The notes: a model not told the origin generated them from the letters alone. A stretch of 56,232 nt of DNA, filler included, from Basidioascus undulatus (GCA_000826855.1; 5 parts of 5 records of this genome joined end to end with filler, not necessarily neighbours in it), one strand, 5' to 3'. Shown: positions 36,032 to 48,074, counted from the first letter of the whole stretch. Numbers and translations are program-made.

Positions 36032-38400
36032 ATGGCCGACACCGCGGAATACGACGATGCTATAGACTTGGCCGACGACGTCGACGAGCCTGTAGACGAC
36101 AACGCTCCGGCGCAGGACCTGCCGGTGGATGAGCCCGTCGACTTGGACCTGCCGGTGCCGGTGGATGATCTCCCCACTGCAGCAGGGCGCTCGCCTGTGG
36201 TGAGTCTATTTGCACCTGAGGGACCCACTGGAGGTATTCAGGAGCAAGGTTTGGTTTCTCGCTCTCTCTGCAATATGGTCATCTCTGTGCCTTGAGCAGG
36301 CGCGAGGAGGAGGAAGATGTGCACGCCCCTGGTCCCTGTCGAAGCTCGTTTCACTAACTCGTCGCGTCCAGGGATCCTTCCTAATAGGTTTCCTCATCAT
36401 TATTGGCGCTTCCATAATGAACGCTGCTGGCCTGAATCTGACTCAATACGACCACGTACGTCGTCGCCCTCTTTGCGCCGCCAGACGACGGCCCGCTTAC
36501 CCGTGCCTTCTCCACAGCTGCGAAATCAAGGCCGACCAAAAGGAAGCCGCCGACCGGACTACTTGAGACCATTATGGTATGCCGTGATTATCAGCTGTGC
36601 TAATGGTGAGGTAGGGCGATGCTGATGGAAATGCGGTGGCTGCAGGTGTGCGGGCATGGGTCTGTACATCCTGTCGCAGCTCCTCGGGTCTACGCTCGCT
36701 CTGGAGTACATGCGAGCAGGTGCGTCCTTACCCGCCTTGTTGATTTCTGAGGAAGCTAATGAATGTTTTATATTTCCACCTCCAGAGTGGGTCGCTCCTC
36801 TGGGCTCAAGCAGCCTGATCTTCAACGCGCTCTTCGCGTCCCTCCTCCTCGGCACGCCCATCACCCGCCGCGACATCCAGGTCCGCTTGCAATATTCATG
36901 TATTCATCCCTTTCGGTCTGACTGAAACTTTCTACACGAACAGGGCACCTTACTCATCGTTCTCGGCGTCGTCGGCATTGTCGCTTTCGGCAGTGTGAAC
37001 TCCGGCCTGTCCGACGCGCTCGACCTCGATATCCTCAAGACGCTTTGGGCCCGCGCGGGTTGGCTAGTCTGGTACGCCGTCACCCACTCAGACCCTCCTT
37101 CCCTGCGCTTCCTAATTACCCTTGCATACAGGTTCTTCATCCTCCTCATCGGTACCACTACCTCCTACCTCACCGTCATCGAGCTCGAGAACATCGTGCG
37201 CGACCGGGAAGACGAGGAGGCCGTTCCGCCCTCGTACTCGCGTGCGCCTCCCACGGAGAGCCGCTTCCGCCGCGCCCTGCGCATGTGGAGCGACCTGCGC
37301 GTCCGCCTGCGCCTGACGCTTGAGCGGTGGACGGACGGCATGGAGGAGCGCAAGCTGAAGAAAGGCGTGGGCATGGCGTGGGCTGTCGAGGGCGGGCTCC
37401 TCGCGAGCGAGTGCTTGATCTTGGCCAAGGCGACGTGAGTTGGTTCTTGTTGCGATTTCGGTTTGGGAAGTGGGTTGCTGAGGATGGGATGCGGGAGCAC
37501 AGGGTCAAGCTCATCGCAACGCAGCTGTCGCACTCTTCGTCGTCCAACCAGGTGAGGAACCCTCATTCGCAATCTCCATTTTTGGCTCGTACCTGGATGT
37601 GCAACTTGCTTTCAGTTCCTGCATCCCCTCTTCATTATCACCGTGATCCTCCTCGCCATCACCGCTGTCTCGCAGATTATCTGTCTCAACAAGGGTAGGG
37701 AACCCAACTATATCCTCCACTCCCGCCCTGAATCTGACGCATCTGCTTCCCACCAGGCCTCAGCATGTTCGATACGACCATCGTAGTTCCCATCTTCTAC
37801 GGTGTGTACACCTCTGTCGGCTTCGTCAACACGCTTAGTACGTCTTCGCTCTCGCCTGACCACACATAACGAGACGCCGCTGACGACTCACGCCCCTCCC
37901 GCGCAGTCTTTATGGACCAACTGGGCGCCTTCAAAGCCTGGGTGCTCTGGTGCATTTCCCTCTCGATCCTCATCCTCCTCGCGGGCGTCTTCCTGCTCTC
38001 CTCCAAAAAGCCTGAGCCCGCAACAGGAGCCGCCGCGGGCCCGGGCGGACCGAAGCCAGCCGCCTCACCTTCCACGACCCGCCTGCGCCTCCACCGGGAG
38101 GACGCCGACATCGAGCTCGGGCTGGGCACAAGCCGGGGCGCCGGGGGCGTCGGCACGCCGGGCCACGAGGAGGAGGTGATGTGGGAGATTGGGGAGGCGT
38201 CGGACGATGACGACGACGACGCGGTGCAGGCGAAGCGCGCGCCGCGGGGCGATGGACGCGGGGAGCGCGAGCCGCTCAGGCGGGAGGAGCGCGAGGAGGA
38301 GGCGGAGGACGAGCTGCAGGCGGCGGAGAGCTCGGCTTCGGAACGCCCGAGAGCGGCCAGGCGGATGACGGCGACGTCGGACTCGTTGAAGAGGGATTAG
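36032..38400 (+). CDS. NIPA-family (DMT superfamily) magnesium-transporter-like protein
   Basis: GFLIIIGASIMNAAGLNL, YLRPLW..GM.LYILSQLLGSTLALEYM.AEWVAPLGSSSLIFN..FA..LLGTPITRRD..GT, QIICLNKGL..FDTTIVVPIFYG.YT; acidic N- and C-terminal tails. Confidence 0.88.
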
Positions 38401-38839
38401 GGACGGAGCGTGAAGGGAGCTAAGTACTAGGATAATACTTTGCACGAACCCAAGGTACTGTTTTACGCTTAGTGCTTTGCATCAAGTAACGTAGCATGTC
38501 GCATCTTCATCGCATCTTTCAACGCAAAATAGACGGTTCTTTTCGAGCGTGCAGTGTGACCGGCTGACCGATGACTGCTTCGATGCGGGCAAGGTTTCAT
38601 CTCCATCGTCTTGAGGTGCAGGTGGTCATTGTAGAGCTTCTTACGCACACCGAGTAGCATAGAACGAAGTTCTCGAGAAGGAACGAAACATATTCAATTT
38701 GATTTGCCTTGACGTTGCTGAACACTCATTAGATGTACAGCCGTGCAAGGGCCGTTTGAAAAAGGAATGCCAAAGAGGAGGAAACTAGAACGATGGAGAA
38801 GTGTACGTGCTGCCAAACGCTAGACTGCTATTCCTGAGA

Positions 38840-40209
38840 CTATTCCACCACCCACGGCTTGCTCAAATAGTTACGAATGCCGTCCGGCAGAACGACGACG
38901 ACGTTCTTCCCCTCCGTCTCCGCAATGCGCCGTCCTTCCTTGGTCTCGCGCAACCACGCGAGAACCCCAGCCATGGCTGCGCCGCTGCTGCCGCCGACGA
39001 GCAGGCCTTCCGAGCGGATGAGGCGTCGCGTGGTCGCGAACGCGACGCAGTCGGAGACTTTGATCCAGGAGGAGACGAGCGAGTGGTCGAGGTTTGCAGG
39101 GCAGAAGTCGGAGAAGCCGATACCTAGGCAAAGAACGGGTATGAGGGGTCAGTCCAACAACCGGGAGAGGGAGCGGCGGAAACGGCTGTACCTTCGAGAG
39201 CGTATGGCTGCGCTCCGAGACCATTCAGGCTTTCGGGCAGCGCAAGGGTGCTCCCCACAGGGTCTACACCGAGAACGAAAAGGTCTTCCCCTGTCCTGCT
39301 GCGTAGGCCACGCGCGAGGCCGCAAAGCGTCCCGCCCGTCCCCGCACCGCCGACGACGACGTCCACGCGCGCTGCTGGGCCGTACGTGGCGCGGAGGGCG
39401 TCCAGGATCTCGGGAGCCGTTGAAGACTCGTGAACGGCCGGGTTCTGAGCGTTAGCGAACTGGTCGAGGATTACGGCGTGCGGGATCTCCTTGACAAGCC
39501 GCGCAGCAACGCCTGGGGGACGATTCGACGAAGTCTGATCAGGCACACATGGGACAAACACAAGGGAGACAAAGGCGCACCCATATTGCTCTCAGGCGAG
39601 TGGGTAGGGGCACTGGTCGGCGTTCGAATAACTTCAGCACCGAGCGCCCGCATCGCGATGACCTTCTCCTGCGACATCTTCTCCGGCAGACATATAATGC
39701 AGCGGTAGCCCTTCACAGCGCAGGCCAGCGCAAGACCGACGCCTTAAAACCCGCCCCCGTCTCAGCGACCCTAACCGGCTCTCTCAAGGTTCGCGGACAG
39801 CACACCGGTATTCCCGCTGGTGGGTTCGATAATGCAGCTCAAGCGGGGCGTCAGTCTCCCTTCCGCCTCGGCGGCCTCGATCATACGCAGGGCGACACGG
39901 TCTCTGTAATGAAAAAGCGCCGAGGCGGGATGAGAACGGTATTGCGTCGTACTGCAACAGATGAACGTGAGCTTGCTTGATGCTGCCTCCAGCGGACAGG
40001 TACTCGGCCTTGACGAGCAGGCGACACTTGAGGCCTTCCTCCTCCCGGATGCGGTTGACAGCGATAAGAGGAGTGTGGCCGATAGCCTCGAGGACGTTGT
40101 CGAGCACACGGGGCGCTCCGGTGTGACCCAGCGGAGCTAGAGGACTTGGACCCGAAGGCTGTGCGGTGCGGCCTGGGAAGGACTCGTAGAGGTCGTTCGA
40201 GATGTGCAT
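38840..40209 (-). CDS. CYS4: Cystathionine beta-synthase-like PLP enzyme lacking C-terminal CBS domains
   Basis: [103 protein letters not shown] at 38840-38842. Confidence 0.85.
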
Positions 40210-41519
40210 GGCGACTGTATGCGAAAGAGTAGCAGATGAAGGCGAAAGAAGATGAGAACTGGGATGAAGATGTGGCTCGCTAGCGGGTGGGAAGAAAGGT
40301 GTAGTTAAGAATGAGCCGATAGGAGCGAATTAGGACTAGCGACTTGTCAAGGTCCCTATCGCAGGCAGTCGCATGATCCCGGCATGCGGTCGAACACCCA
40401 CGAATGCTTGGCCTGCTGATCAAGGGGGGATCTGTGTACTGCCCGCATCCTGGCCGATATCCGCTCCCACCGCCTACCGCACTTTTTCGTGCGGTTCTTG
40501 TGCTTCCCACCAGAACAGTAGTAAGCTCGAAAATATCTAAGCCTGGTAAGTCCGCTGTTGAAAGGTACCCGAGTCAAGTACCCGATAAGGATCCGTCGGC
40601 GCTTCAAAACCGAAGCGAGAACGAGTCATGCGAAGGGATGAGCGGGAAGCGCCGCGGAAGAGAAAAGCGAGTTTCCGCGGATAGAGAGCGAAGAGACAAT
40701 GAGCGAGCGAATGTCAGTAAGCGATCGTCGTGCGACTGGTTGTGCAAGGGGGAAAGCAGTCAGAACAGATCAGTGTGAGCGCAACATATTGTATGAGCTG
40801 AGTGATGGGAGAAACGATGGAGAGCGCGAGGCTGGATGGTGCTTTTGAGGAGAACACAGCGAGCACGCAATCGTTGAGGTTGTGGGCTCTGCTTTGCGGC
40901 AAACAAATCGCTGATTGAGGTGCGTCATGCGAAGCGTTCACTCGTTGGACAACTTCTGGGCGACTGCTTCCAAACAGACTTTTCGGCGGCGGCTTTCGAG
41001 GCCCCTTTCAGTCTCGCCAAGCAGGCATCCCTGTGCATTCAAAGCGACATCAATTCAGACGTTCTCGCCGCTGATGGCACTGATAAGAAGTTCCCAGTGC
41101 GACAGAAACTCTTTGGGCTGCCAGAAACTGTCTTCGGTATCTCTGCTTCTGGTCTGCTTCCGGTTCCCTGGAAGCATGCAACGGATAGAAGCATTCAAAA
41201 GAGCGCCCAACGCGCCGACGGTCGCTCGACGAGGCTTATTGGAAGTCTACAGCTGCAAGTAGCACCGCACAGTGTTGACCGGCTTGCTTTCCCAAGTCTG
41301 TTCAGAACAGAGGACTTCACCAAAGTGATAGCTTCGTGAGCTCAGCCAGTGCATGGGGCCAGCAAGGCATCACCGAGAGTTTCAGAGGAATTGTCGTCAA
41401 AGTCGTCAAATCGTGACAGTCGAAGACATTATGTTTCAAAGAGCATCAGGTGACTATAATCTGCAGACCCAGAAGATATCCAACTTTCAGCATGGAGCGG
41501 TGAACGCCTGAACGAAAGG

Positions 41520-41955
41520 TCAAAGCGCACCTCGGCTACGGTCAGGTGGTACAGTATATCTCTGGTCTCGGCCCTGTATGCAAGAGGGCTCTGTGTTTTC
41601 TGTTACAAGGGTGAGCTTGGGTGACTTCTTCTGCATTGGGAATGCGAGTACGTAGTCCACGTACCCTTCGTCCCAAACCATGCAACCCACCCAAAGCAAA
41701 GCTCGCAGAGGGCAGGAAGGGCTGCTCAAGTCGTTGCCGTTCAGCTACGATGCTAGCGGGGGCCAAGAAGTGACACACCGTCGACAAGTCAGATGTTATC
41801 ACCTCGAGGTTCTCTCTGAACGCGTTGAGGGCGTCCTGCGTCGCTTCTCGGAATGGTGCCGCGAGTCCGGTCGGCAAGAGAGAGAGCACGAGAGCGATCC
41901 GGCTGACGAAGAAGAGGTGACGGAGAACAGAGCGTGCCGGGGGGGACCTCATCAT
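41520..41955 (-). CDS. Putative small secreted protein (exon structure uncertain)
   Basis: MMRSPPARSVLRHLFFVSRIALVLSLLPTGLAA|PF is signal-peptide-like. A TATA-like motif lies about 70 nt upstream, and a GT..AG intron links to the Cys-containing ORF 41520-41729. Confidence 0.35.
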
Positions 41956-42809
41956 GGACGGTCGTATCGTCTGATGAGGGAGTGGCAAGGCAAGAGGAAA
42001 GTCGACCGCGGTTTGGGGCGACATATAAGGGCCCGAGGGCGACAGGTTGGAGTAAGCCCAGACGCAGCAGTCACCGGACTCAATCGCGTGCCTGGCACGA
42101 TCGAGTTACTTGTCTTGACGGCCAGTACCCGGAAAGTGCAGCTGAATATCCAGCTCGAAGCTGCTCGTCTTTTCGCATAAAAGCACAGCTCTGGAGACAG
42201 AGCTGTAATGCGTTGACTGGTGTCGTCCCGCATGCCATGCCCGCGACGGGGACCTGCACTGTTTGCAGGCGTGCAAGGTAGCTCCAAGGCGGAGGACTGC
42301 CGGCCTTGGAGCCATCCTTGGAAAGAACAGGAGACATCAGATTTATACTCAATTGAGCTGTCTTGTTCAAATGTAGTCGGACGCATAACGAGCCGGACGC
42401 GGCCGGAAGCTGGACATGAGGCAGGCTCCGCCGGCGCTCCTGGGTTGGACGGACGTCCTCTGCTCTCAATTGCTCTTGAGTCTTGACGCTCATCTACTCC
42501 CGGACACCTTCAGCGATATATCGTTCGTTTACTTGAACCACAGAAACACTCAATCAATTCAATCTTTCGAGAGACTTCGCGCCCTCTGGTTCAGGGCGGT
42601 CTCAACCCGTGCGATCTAGGCGGCATAGCTTGGCCTGATTCGTCTCACTCACCAGTCTTTTTCCGCTCACCCTTTTCAGCCCTCAGTTTGCGTCGCCATG
42701 CTTTCGAATTAGCAAAACCCATATCGAGCTGCTTGAGCACCGCTCTGCATTGTCTCCTTCCCGTCACTCACTCGTCCTCTCCTAACCCTCGCCGTCACGT
42801 CTAGTCGGC

Positions 42810-44405
42810 ATGGCTTCCTGCACTCCTACCCCCACCGAAACGGTCTTCTCGAGCTCCGTATCGACTTCGCTCGAGATTCGAACCGTCTACACGATCATAC
42901 CAGGCGAGACGCCCGACCTCAGCGTCACGACGAGCTTGGAGCCGACTTGCGTGGGCGGCTACAAAGGTGCGTTCTGTGGTGCATTGGGACTCGCGGGAAC
43001 ATTGGCTGAGCTTGTGCGACTGGACGGTTAGGCCCATCGACCGACATCGGCGCGTGCTCGCGCGTATCGACCATTACCCATGTGTACACGATCACGCCCA
43101 GCGCTCAGGAGCCTGTCACGGTTCGTCCCTTCGTTTTGAGCGGCTCTGGGATTCTAGCTGACGAAATTGGATCACAGACCGCCTACACGACCACCATCAC
43201 CCACCTCGACACCGTCGCCGTCCCAGTGAACACCCTCTTCGTTACCATCTGCGTCGACCCCCCCTCGAACCCTGACCCGCCCGCGGGCGGCGGCGGCTCC
43301 ACGGCGGCTGTCGTCCCAGCTGTCACGTTCACGCCGACGCCGACCGCCGTGCCCACCACGCTCGCGAGCCTGATCGAGTCGACCGCTGTCGGGGGCTCAG
43401 TAGTCCGCTCCACTGCGTTCCTCACCACCGTCTACACCATCACGCCAACGCGTACCGCCAACACGGCCTTCCCCGCGCCGACCAGCACCGGGAGCGCCAG
43501 CAGCGTCAAGGCCGTGATCGGCGGCGTCGTCGGCGGATTTGCGGTGGTCGTCGCGCTCTTCCTCTTCTTCACCTGGCAGATCCGGCGCAAGAAGAACAAG
43601 GACGTCGGTGAGATAGATTGGTCCCCGGGCAAGGAGGGCCTCGCCGGCGGCACGCACACGCACCAGGACGACCTCGACAACCTCGGCGTCATCGACCCGT
43701 TCCAGGGCGGACGGGTATATCAGGTGAGTTTACAACTGTATCGACCTGTCCTTCGTCTCAAAAGCTGATCCTGCTTATGCCCAGCAGCACAACCAGACGC
43801 TCCCGATGCCCATTCCGCCCAACATCTCCGCTCCCGCCGGTCTCTACGCACCTCCAGAGCCCGCGCCGGCCTCCTCTCCGTCTGCGTCGCTCGCGCACCA
43901 CGTCACTCCGAGCCTGACGAGCCACGACGGCAGCCACGACTACTTCGGTTCGCAGTCGCCCTGGTCGCACGACCCGTCGCACGGCGCAGCCTCTCCTTCC
44001 TCCGACTACCAGCACTCGCAGCAGCAGCACCCGTCTCGCCCGTCCGTTCGCCCGTCCTCCTCGGAGCAGCACTACGTCCACCCCAAGCTCGCCGCCGAGG
44101 CCGCCCGCCGCGCAGGCGCCGGGATCTCGCGCCCGAGCTCGGCTGGACCGTCCGCGTCGGCGTCCGTTCCTCTTCGGCCGCCTTCGCCCGTCCAGTCGCT
44201 CGGGAGCGAGCACGCCCTAGCTCCAGCCCCAGCCCCCTCGCTCGCGCCGGTGCTGATGTCGCCTACGGAATGGACTGCGCCGAGCTCCTCCGCTGCCGAG
44301 ACGGCGGACGAGCAGCGCCAGTCCATCATCGAGAAGCTCGAGGCGGATGATGAGGAGCTCAACAGCGAGGACGAGCTCCCGCCGCCGTACATGATCCACA
44401 CCTGA
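42810..44405 (+). CDS. Mid2/Wsc-like single-pass membrane protein: Ser/Thr-rich ectodomain, TM helix, Pro/Ser-rich tail ending in PPPY
   Basis: Four exons; Thr-rich N-part with 4 Cys; TM VIGGVVGGFAVVVALFLFFTW followed by RRKKNK; tail EDELPPPYMIHT*. Confidence 0.75.
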
Positions 44406-44972
44406 TCGCGCTCTGTCTAGTAGCTCTCCTGCGTCCTATCCTAATCTATCCTAATCTGGCTCCACTTATATGTCTTTTTCCGCTTTGTTGGTTGTTAGCT
44501 GTGGATTCGGTGGAACTCGTTGCTGTATACCATCTGGTTTACCTTGCGTTGCCTGTCGTTCTGCATTTGCTAAAAGGATCTCGGGGCCCAGCATACCTTT
44601 ATCCATGCTTGTCTGGAAACGTGCGCGACCAATTGCAAGTTGAGAGCCAGCTGTGCTTTTTTCGAATTGCAGCGTGCCTTCTGTCGCTGCATCAGCCGAG
44701 TTTCAGTACCGTCCTCAACATGAACTGTCGGAGTACAGTAAACGCGCGCCGGGTTTAGAAGCCGGAGCGACGCAAGCTGCTCTTGCCTCACCGAAACGCT
44801 CTAGCCAGCAGAGCAACCGCTGATCATACGTGTACCAGTCATCGAAGCACGTACTTCGCACTCCACACTCCTTCGCAGCTTTCCTAAAAACTGCATAATA
44901 ACCCATCTTCCATTCATGTCCTCCTACCCACTCCTTCCCCCCCCCCTCCTTCGCCCCCCCCCACCCCCCCCC

Positions 44973-45072
44973 NNNNNNNNNNNNNNNNNNNNNNNNNNNN
45001 NNNNNNNNNNNNNNNNTTAATTAATTAANNNNNNNNNNNNNNNNNNNNNNNNNNNNNNNNNNNNNNNNNNNN
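44973..45072. other. Artificial contig linker
   Basis: N44-TTAATTAATTAA-N44, preceded by a poly-C low-complexity contig end. Confidence 0.98.
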
Positions 45073-45085
45073 GCTCTTCCGATCT
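45073..45085 (+). other. Untrimmed Illumina adapter remnant
   Basis: The contig starts with GCTCTTCCGATCT, the 13-nt 3' end shared by Illumina TruSeq read primers. Confidence 0.85.
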
Positions 45086-46465
45086 AGCACTCCTTCCCCC
45101 CTCCCCCACACGCTCCACCATCTCCGGCACCACCTCCCTCCGGTCCAGCACCTCCCTCCCGTCCTTCCTCTCCCCCCAGCGCGGCCCGACCCCCGGCGCG
45201 CACAGGACGCCTCAGCACCGCAAGCGCCCGATCTACCTCGGCGCGGGCTTCGGCGGCTCCACGCCCGTGCGCAGGCGGACGGCCGCGCAGCTGCAGCTCG
45301 GCGCGCAGGGCATCCCGCCGGGGAAGGAGGAGCCGGATGCCAAGGGTAAGAGACGCAGGGTGCAGGATGGCGAGGTGCAGGCGCAGGCGCAGGAGACACC
45401 GCAGGGCCTCAAGGCGAGCGTGTCTGCGCCGGCGATCGCTCCACCCACCCCGCCCGCACAGGCTTCGACCTCCCGTATCGCTGTGCCTGCTCCCGCTCCT
45501 GCCCCCGCTTCGTCCCCATCCAAATCGACCACCTCCCTCGCACCGCCTCAGCGCCTCGGCCTCCGCGCACCGACCGCGTCCGTCGTCCGCCCCTCGCCGC
45601 TCCGTCAAGTGACCTCGCTCGGTGTGTCCCTCTCCTCTTCCATCCGGGCACAATCTCCCTTGAAGAACCTGGCTAATCGACTGCACCGATCCACGCAGAC
45701 TCCCCTTCTCCGCCGCGTCCCGCAATCGGCGGTCCCTCCGCCGCGCCCGGCACTCCCACCGCTGCCGCCCGTCTCACCTCCCGCGCGGCCGACGCAGTGC
45801 TCTCCATCCTCGCCGAGGACGACGCAAAAGCAGCCGTGCGTCTGCCCTTCCTTCCTTTTCCCCCATCCCTCCACCCTCCTCTCTCCCAAATCCCCCTTTC
45901 GATTCTAACACCCCACCCGTTCTCGCCCAGGCCGACGCCCAAGCGCGCGAGCAGTCCATCATCAATCCATACCAGACAGCAGACAACCCCGCGGCGCTCC
46001 TCCCGCGCCCGACGCGCACGCCGCGCAAGTCCCGCGCGAGCACCAGCACGCCACGCGAGCGCGCGCAGGAGAAGCGCGCGAAGCAGGAGAAGGAGGAGGA
46101 GGGGAGGAAGATGAGCGCGCTCGAGATGATTGAGCGGACGGCGCCGCCGAAGGTACGCCTGCTTCTCTATTCTGTCGTTTGCGAGGGGCACAAACTGATA
46201 TGGAGCTGGTACGACTGCGCAGGAGGCCGCCCCCAAACGCGCGCGCACCGCCGCCCCTGCCGAGCCCGCCCCAGCGCCCAAAGCCAAGCCTGCCCTCACT
46301 CCCGCTCCCACTCCCGGCCCCGCGCCCAAGCCCTCCCAGCCGCCCCTCTCCCCCAGCATCCTCACAGCCTCAAACGCCTTCTCGCCCACCGGCTGGACGC
46401 TGAGCCTCCCGCGGTTGAGGAGCGCCATGCCCCTGATCGCGGCGATTTGGTCGGGGGTGAGGTAA
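45086..46465 (+). CDS. Internal part of a low-complexity protein, possibly a basket nucleoporin (Nup60/Nup1-like); 5' truncated, 3' end suspect
   Basis: Spliced frame with RPIYLGAGFGG, NLS-like KGKRRRV, PSPLRQ, TRAADAVLSIL, IINPYQ and MSALEMIERTAPPK, with GT-AG introns; the last exon (46223 on) runs into the opposite-strand EVE gene to TAA 46463-46465. The family call is tentative. Confidence 0.5.
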
Positions 46466-47576
46466 GCCGGCGCTTCACCGGCGGAGGAGGACCCGACGGC
46501 TTGAAGGGCCTTAAGAGGGACGAAGTGCGGGAGACGCGTGAGGAGCTTGACGTCTACCATGTACCACGTTGGGGAGTCCGCGGAGGACTTGGGGTCGTAG
46601 TAGGGGTGCTGTGATCGTCAGACAGCGTTAGAGATGGGTCAGAGTGGAAGAAAAGGGAGGACCCACAGACTTGTCCCACGCCGTATCTACCTCACCCGCC
46701 TCAACAGTCAGCCACGTACTCCCCACCCTCCACCGTGCCCGTAAGACGTACAGTCCGGGTACCCCTCCCTCGCAACCTCCGCGATCCCCGCGATCCCGGG
46801 CACCTGTTCTCAGCGTTCCTCCCACTCAGCCTTCTTGCTTCCGAGCCAAGCATCGCCAGCGGACGCGGACGGACTTTGCAGTTGCTGTGGTAGAACAAGA
46901 CCTTGTCCCCAACCTTCATGCGTTCCTTCATTATCCTGTTCTCCTTTCCCTACCCAATAAGCGCATCTGCCCTTCCCTTTGTCTGGAGGAGAACTACGCG
47001 CTTCTTCGCCTCGTGGTTCCTATGTTCCCCCTTCCAATGAGCGCGCAGTGTTGGGAAATGAATAGGGAAGGACGACGTACCGTACGCCATCCCACTGGGT
47101 CGTCCTTTCCCCGCCCCAAACCACCAGCATCAGCCCATTCCTCCCTCTAACCTGCGCCTGAGCTCAAGGAGAGACGCACGCAATCGCCTCGAAATCTTCA
47201 ATGCTAAACTGTCTCCCACCAGGGCCTCAGTCCCCAGTGCCCACTTTTCCTAGTACTTGCCCGCTCGAGACCCGAACGCACTTTCACGTCTTTTCCCTTT
47301 TCCTGCTCCGCCGCAATGCGTGTGTGAGCGAGGGCTAGGGGGAGACGGGGAAGAGGGGGAGAAAGGAAGGGGAAGGGGACGAGGGGGAGACGAACGATCC
47401 GCGAGTCCGGCTCAGCCTTCATCAACCAGTGCCTGCTGCGCACCGCACGCGAGATCTAGTCAGTTAAGCGTGCGGTGCGAGTGGACGGTCGGGCGGCATG
47501 AGCGGACGGACTATTCGACTGCGGGCTCCGAGGAGGCGGGGGCGGGCTCGGGTTTGGAGGAGGAGCGCGGGGGCAT
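45673..47576 (-). CDS. THYN1: EVE-domain (THYN1-like) protein; true 3' end uncertain, conserved part ends near 46330
   Basis: HWLMKAEPDSRI.KGKDVKFSIEDF, TTQWDGVRNHEAK.IMKE.MKVGDKVLFYHSNCK.PGIAG.AEV.REGYPD..AWD..HPYYDPKS....P.WYMVDV, M.LLNRGRLSVQPV, GGW. Confidence 0.9.
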
Positions 47577-48074
47577 GTTGTTGTTCGTGTGAATGGAGGT
47601 AACTGCGGCGGCTCGTTAGCAAGAGGCGACGGAAGAAGCTGGGGGAGAGGAGCAGCGATGGGAGCAAGAGACGGTGGCAGGAGGAGAGAGGAGGGGGAGA
47701 GGGAGAGACGCGTCCAAGGCGCGTCGTGACGCTGCCGCGTGGGTACGTAAGTAATGTGAAGTCGCTTGAAGCGCCGAACTGGAACGGGGCCAGTCCCTTA
47801 CCGTACCCTCAAAGACGACGAGCATTAAAAAAATCTAATATATTGGCAGTACAAGACGAGGAATACACTTGTGCAGCGCTCAGTGGGTTGTAGTCGTGTT
47901 CAAGCTCACAACGCGTCTTTTCAGTATTTACAACGCTTGACTCCTGAGGACAGTCCAGTGTCCTTATCTAGCACGCGATCTCAAGCTGAACAGTTCATGG
48001 GAGACCACAGGTAAATGCACAGCACTGCGCACAGCATCGAAAGACCCACTGCATCAACCCCAAGCAGAGCATGC

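Noticed and set aside
24701..40209. Possible metabolic cluster (MFS transporter, PMM, NIPA transporter, CBS)
   Set aside because: The genes are on different contigs, functionally unrelated, and there is no backbone biosynthetic enzyme.
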